Assembly: GCA_964016885.1 (NCBI GenBank)
Contig: OZ024744.1
Coordinates: forward strand, 1,984,001 to 2,048,000
Length of the DNA stretch: 64,000 nt
Origin: Eledone cirrhosa
Taxonomy: Eukaryota
Reading direction: 5' to 3'
Position 1 is the first letter of the stretch; every line of letters begins with the position of its first letter. Below are positions 61,401 through 64,000 of the stretch, piece after piece. The position numbers and the translations under genes were made by a program. The notes under the pieces were generated by a model that was given only the letters and a program-made list of their open reading frames with translations, was not told the origin of the DNA and made no database searches.

Positions 61401-64000
61401 TCTTCACCAAGCTATATTTCTCTACCTTGTCTTCCGTCAAAACTTCGTTCTTCACCAAGCTATCTTTCTCCACCTTGTCTTCCCTCAAAACGTCGTTCTT
61501 CACCAAGCTATCTTTCTCTACCTTGTCTTCCCCCAAAACTTCGTTCTTCACCAAGCTATCTTTCTCTACCTTGTCTTCCCCCAAAACTTCGTTCTTCGCA
61601 AGCTATCTTTCTCTACCTTGTCTTCCCCCAAAACTTCGTTCTTCACCAAGCTATCTTTCTCTACCTTGTCTTCCCACAAAACGTCGTTCTTCACCAAGCT
61701 ATCTTTCTCTACCTTGTCTTCCCTAAAAACGTCGTTCTTCACCAAGCTATCTTTCTCTACCTTGTCTTCCCTCAAAACATCGTTCTTCACCAAGCTATCT
61801 TTCTCTACCTTGTCTTCTCCCAAAACTTCGTTATTCACCAAGCTATCTTTCTCTACCTTGTCTTCCCTCAAAACTTCGTTCTTCACCAAGCTATCTTTCT
61901 CTACCTTGTCTTCCCCCAAAACTTCGTTCTTCACCAAGCTATCTTTCTCTACCTTGTCTTCCCCCAAAACTTCGTTCTTCACCAAGCTATCTTTCTCTAG
62001 CTTGTCTTCACACAAAACTTCGTTCTTCACCAAGCTATCTTTCTCTACCTTGTCTTCCCACAAAACGTCATTCTTCACCAAGCTATCTTTCTCTACCTTG
62101 TCTTCCGTCAAAACTTCGTTCTTCACCAATATATCTTTCTGTACCTTGTCTTCTCCCAAAACTTCGTTCTTCACCAAGCTATCTTTCTCTACCTTGTCTT
62201 CCCTCAGAACTTCGTTCTTCACCAAGCTATCTTTCTCTACATTGTCTTCCCCAAAACTTCGTTCTTCACCAATCTATCTTTCTCTACCTTGTCTTCCCTC
62301 AAAACGTCGTTCTTCACCAAGCTATCTTTCTCTACCTTGTCTTCTCCCAAAACTTCGTTATTCACCAAGCTATCTTTCTCTACCTTGTCTTCCCTCAAAA
62401 CTTCGTTCTTCACCAAGCTATCTTTCTCTACCTTGTCTTCCCCCAAAACTTCGTTCTTCACCAAGCTATCTTTCTCTACATTGTCTTCCCCAAAACTTCG
62501 TTCTTCACCAAGCTATCTTTCTCTACCTTGTCTTCCCTCAAAACTTCGTTCTTCACCAAGCTATCTTTCTCTACCTTGTCTTCCCCCAAAACTTCGTTCT
62601 TCACCAAGCTATCTTTCTCTACCTTGTCTTCCCCCAAAACTTCGTTCTTCACCAAGCTATCTTTCTCTAGCTTGTCTTCACACAAAACTTCGTTCTTCAC
62701 CAAGCTATCTTTCTCTACCTTGTCTTCCCACAAAACGTCATTCTTCACCAAGCTATATTTCTCTACCTTGTCTTCCGTCAAAACTTCGTTCTTCACCAAG
62801 CTATCTTTCTCCACCTTGTCTTCCCTCAAAACATCGTTCTTCACCAAGCTATCTTTCTCTACCTTGTCTTCCCCCAAAACTTCGTTCTTCACCAAGCTAT
62901 CTTTCTCTACCTTGTCTTCCCCCAAAACTTCGTTCTTCGCAAGCTATCTTTCTCTACCTTGTCTTCCCCCAAAACTTCGTTCTTCACCAAGCTATCTTTC
63001 TCTACCTTGTCTTCCCACAAAACGTCGTTCTTCACCAAGCTATCTTTCTCTACCTTGTCTTCCCCCAAAACTTCGTTCTTCACCAAGCTATCTTTCTCTA
63101 TCTTGTCTTCCCCTAAAACTTCGTTCTTCACCAAGCTATCTTTCTCTACCTTGTCTTCCCACAAAACGTCATTCTTCACCAAGCTATATTTCTCTACCTT
63201 GTCTTCCGTCAAAACTTCGTTCTTCACCAAGCTATCTTTCTCCACCTTGTCTTCCCTCAAAACGTCGTTCTTCACCAAGCTATCTTTCTCTACCTTGTCT
63301 TCCCCCAAAACTTCGTTCTTCACCAAGCTATCTTTCTCTACCTTGTCTTCCCCCAAAACTTCGTTCTTCGCAAGCTATCTTTCTCTACCTTGTCTTCCCC
63401 CAAAACTTCGTTCTTCACCAAGCTATCTTTCTCTACCTTGTCTTCCCACAAAACGTCGTTCTTCACCAAGCTATCTTTCTCTACCTTGTCTTCCCTAAAA
63501 ACGTCGTTCTTCACCAAGCTATCTTTCTCTACCTTGTCTTCCCTCAAAACATCGTTCTTCACCAAGCTATCTTTCTCTACCTTGTCTTCTCCCAAAACTT
63601 CGTTATTCACCAAGCTATCTTTCTCTACCTTGTCTTCCCTCAAAACTTCGTTCTTCACCAAGCTATCTTTCTCTACCTTGTCTTCCCCCAAAACTTCGTT
63701 CTTCACCAAGCTATCTTTCTCTACCTTGTCTTCCCCCAAAACTTCGTTCTTCACCAAGCTATCTTTCTCTAGCTTGTCTTCACACAAAACTTCGTTCTTC
63801 ACCAAGCTATCTTTCTCTACCTTGTCTTCCCACAAAACGTCATTCTTCACCAAGCTATCTTTCTCTACCTTGTCTTCCGTCAAAACTTCGTTCTTCACCA
63901 ATATATCTTTCTGTACCTTGTCTTCTCCCAAAACTTCGTTCTTCACCAAGCTATCTTTCTCTACCTTGTCTTCCCTCAGAACTTCGTTCTTCACCAAGCT
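58450..64000. repeat. Three copies of a block of about 0.65-1.3 kb at offsets 3116 and 1772 bp
   Basis: CAATATATCTTTCTGTACC at 59011, 62127 and 63899. CCCTAAAAAC at 58605, 61721 and 63493. ORFs 58450/61566/63338 agree. Confidence 0.88.

Larger units (their letters stand above)
1..64000. repeat. 48-bp tandem satellite array, about 1336 head-to-tail monomers, extending beyond both window ends
   Basis: TCACCAAGCT recurs at 1, 49, 97 ... 63991. Monomers typically differ from the consensus TCACCAAGCTATCTTTCTCTACCTTGTCTTCCCCCAAAACTTCGTTCT by only 0-4 bases. Manual indel tally: 109 C-run deletions (one of them 2 bp), 19 CACC>CGC, 9 A4>A3, 1 other deletion and 1 insertion, net -138 bp, which matches the phase at 63991 exactly. 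Confidence 0.99.

Noticed and set aside
24-63772. Giant + strand ORFs (up to 3860 aa; S/F/T/K/L-, S/P/L- and F/L/V/Q-rich)
   Set aside because: The + strand consensus has no TAA, TAG or TGA in any frame, so all three frames stay open. The ORFs overlap each other, start at repeat-internal TTG codons, switch peptide type at every 47-bp monomer and contain no unique domain.
1266-63997. Minus-strand ORFs (VKNEVLGEDKVEKDSL repeats) as individual genes or an operon
   Set aside because: Their starts and ends are set by frameshifting monomers, and there is no unique sequence, promoter or intergenic DNA. Kept only as a hypothesis on the origin of the repeat.
1-64000. CRISPR array (GTCTTCCCC and CCCCAAAAC resemble parts of some direct repeats; regular period)
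   Set aside because: No unique spacers: the whole 48-bp period is conserved, and there is no leader or cas gene.
1-64000. G-quadruplex or i-motif array from the G5/C5 runs
   Set aside because: There is only one run per 48 bp (loops of about 43 nt), and it is the most frequently disrupted part of the monomer.
1-64000. Diversity-generating retroelement or antigenic-variation cassette system behind the variable triplets
   Set aside because: No reverse transcriptase, recombinase, template/variable pair or expression site is present. Variation is not adenine-specific and is inherited in duplicated blocks.
1-64000. Pure sequencing artefact (rolling-circle or concatemer read) or synthetic construct
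   Set aside because: Variants are linked, hierarchical and reproduced in ordered blocks tens of kb apart, which random error on one template would not produce. The BbsI (GAAGAC) and AluI sites in the monomer are incidental. Exact block copy numbers could still be misassembled.
1-64000. tRNA, rRNA, transposon or strand-switch (inverted) segments hidden in the array
   Set aside because: I saw no non-repeat stretch on reading through, and the monomer phase closes exactly from 1 to 63991 with only 1-2 bp indels, leaving no evident room for an insertion.

Overview
The whole 64 kb window is one uninterrupted, single-orientation tandem array (satellite DNA) of a 48-bp monomer, + strand consensus TCACCAAGCTATCTTTCTCTACCTTGTCTTCCCCCAAAACTTCGTTCT (44% GC, 75% pyrimidine, 18 C versus 3 G). 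It runs off both window ends. Positions 1-63990 hold 1336 monomers: my hand tally gives a net loss of 138 bp to small indels, and 1336x48-138=63990. I see no unique sequence, gene, RNA gene, transposon, inversion or CRISPR spacer. All ORFs in the track are by-products of a monomer that is a multiple of 3 and stop-free in 4 of 6 frames. The real structure lies in the variants: (i) a limited set of linked monomer alleles, including a 47-bp allele present about 109 times; (ii) ordered multi-monomer modules that recur across the window; (iii) nested, near-identical kb-scale duplications (periods 2968, 4934, 2108, 1917, 2346-2778, 3116/1772 bp) whose marker variants turn over along the array; (iv) two hypervariable triplets, each coinciding with the centre of a short dyad and with one codon of the only open minus-strand frame (VKNEVLGEDKVEKDSL); (v) an embedded C4A4/T4G4 telomere-like motif with telomere-like strand asymmetry. 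I cannot identify the host or a function, and I found no protein-coding system. Centromeric, telomeric or coding-derived origins are hypotheses only.
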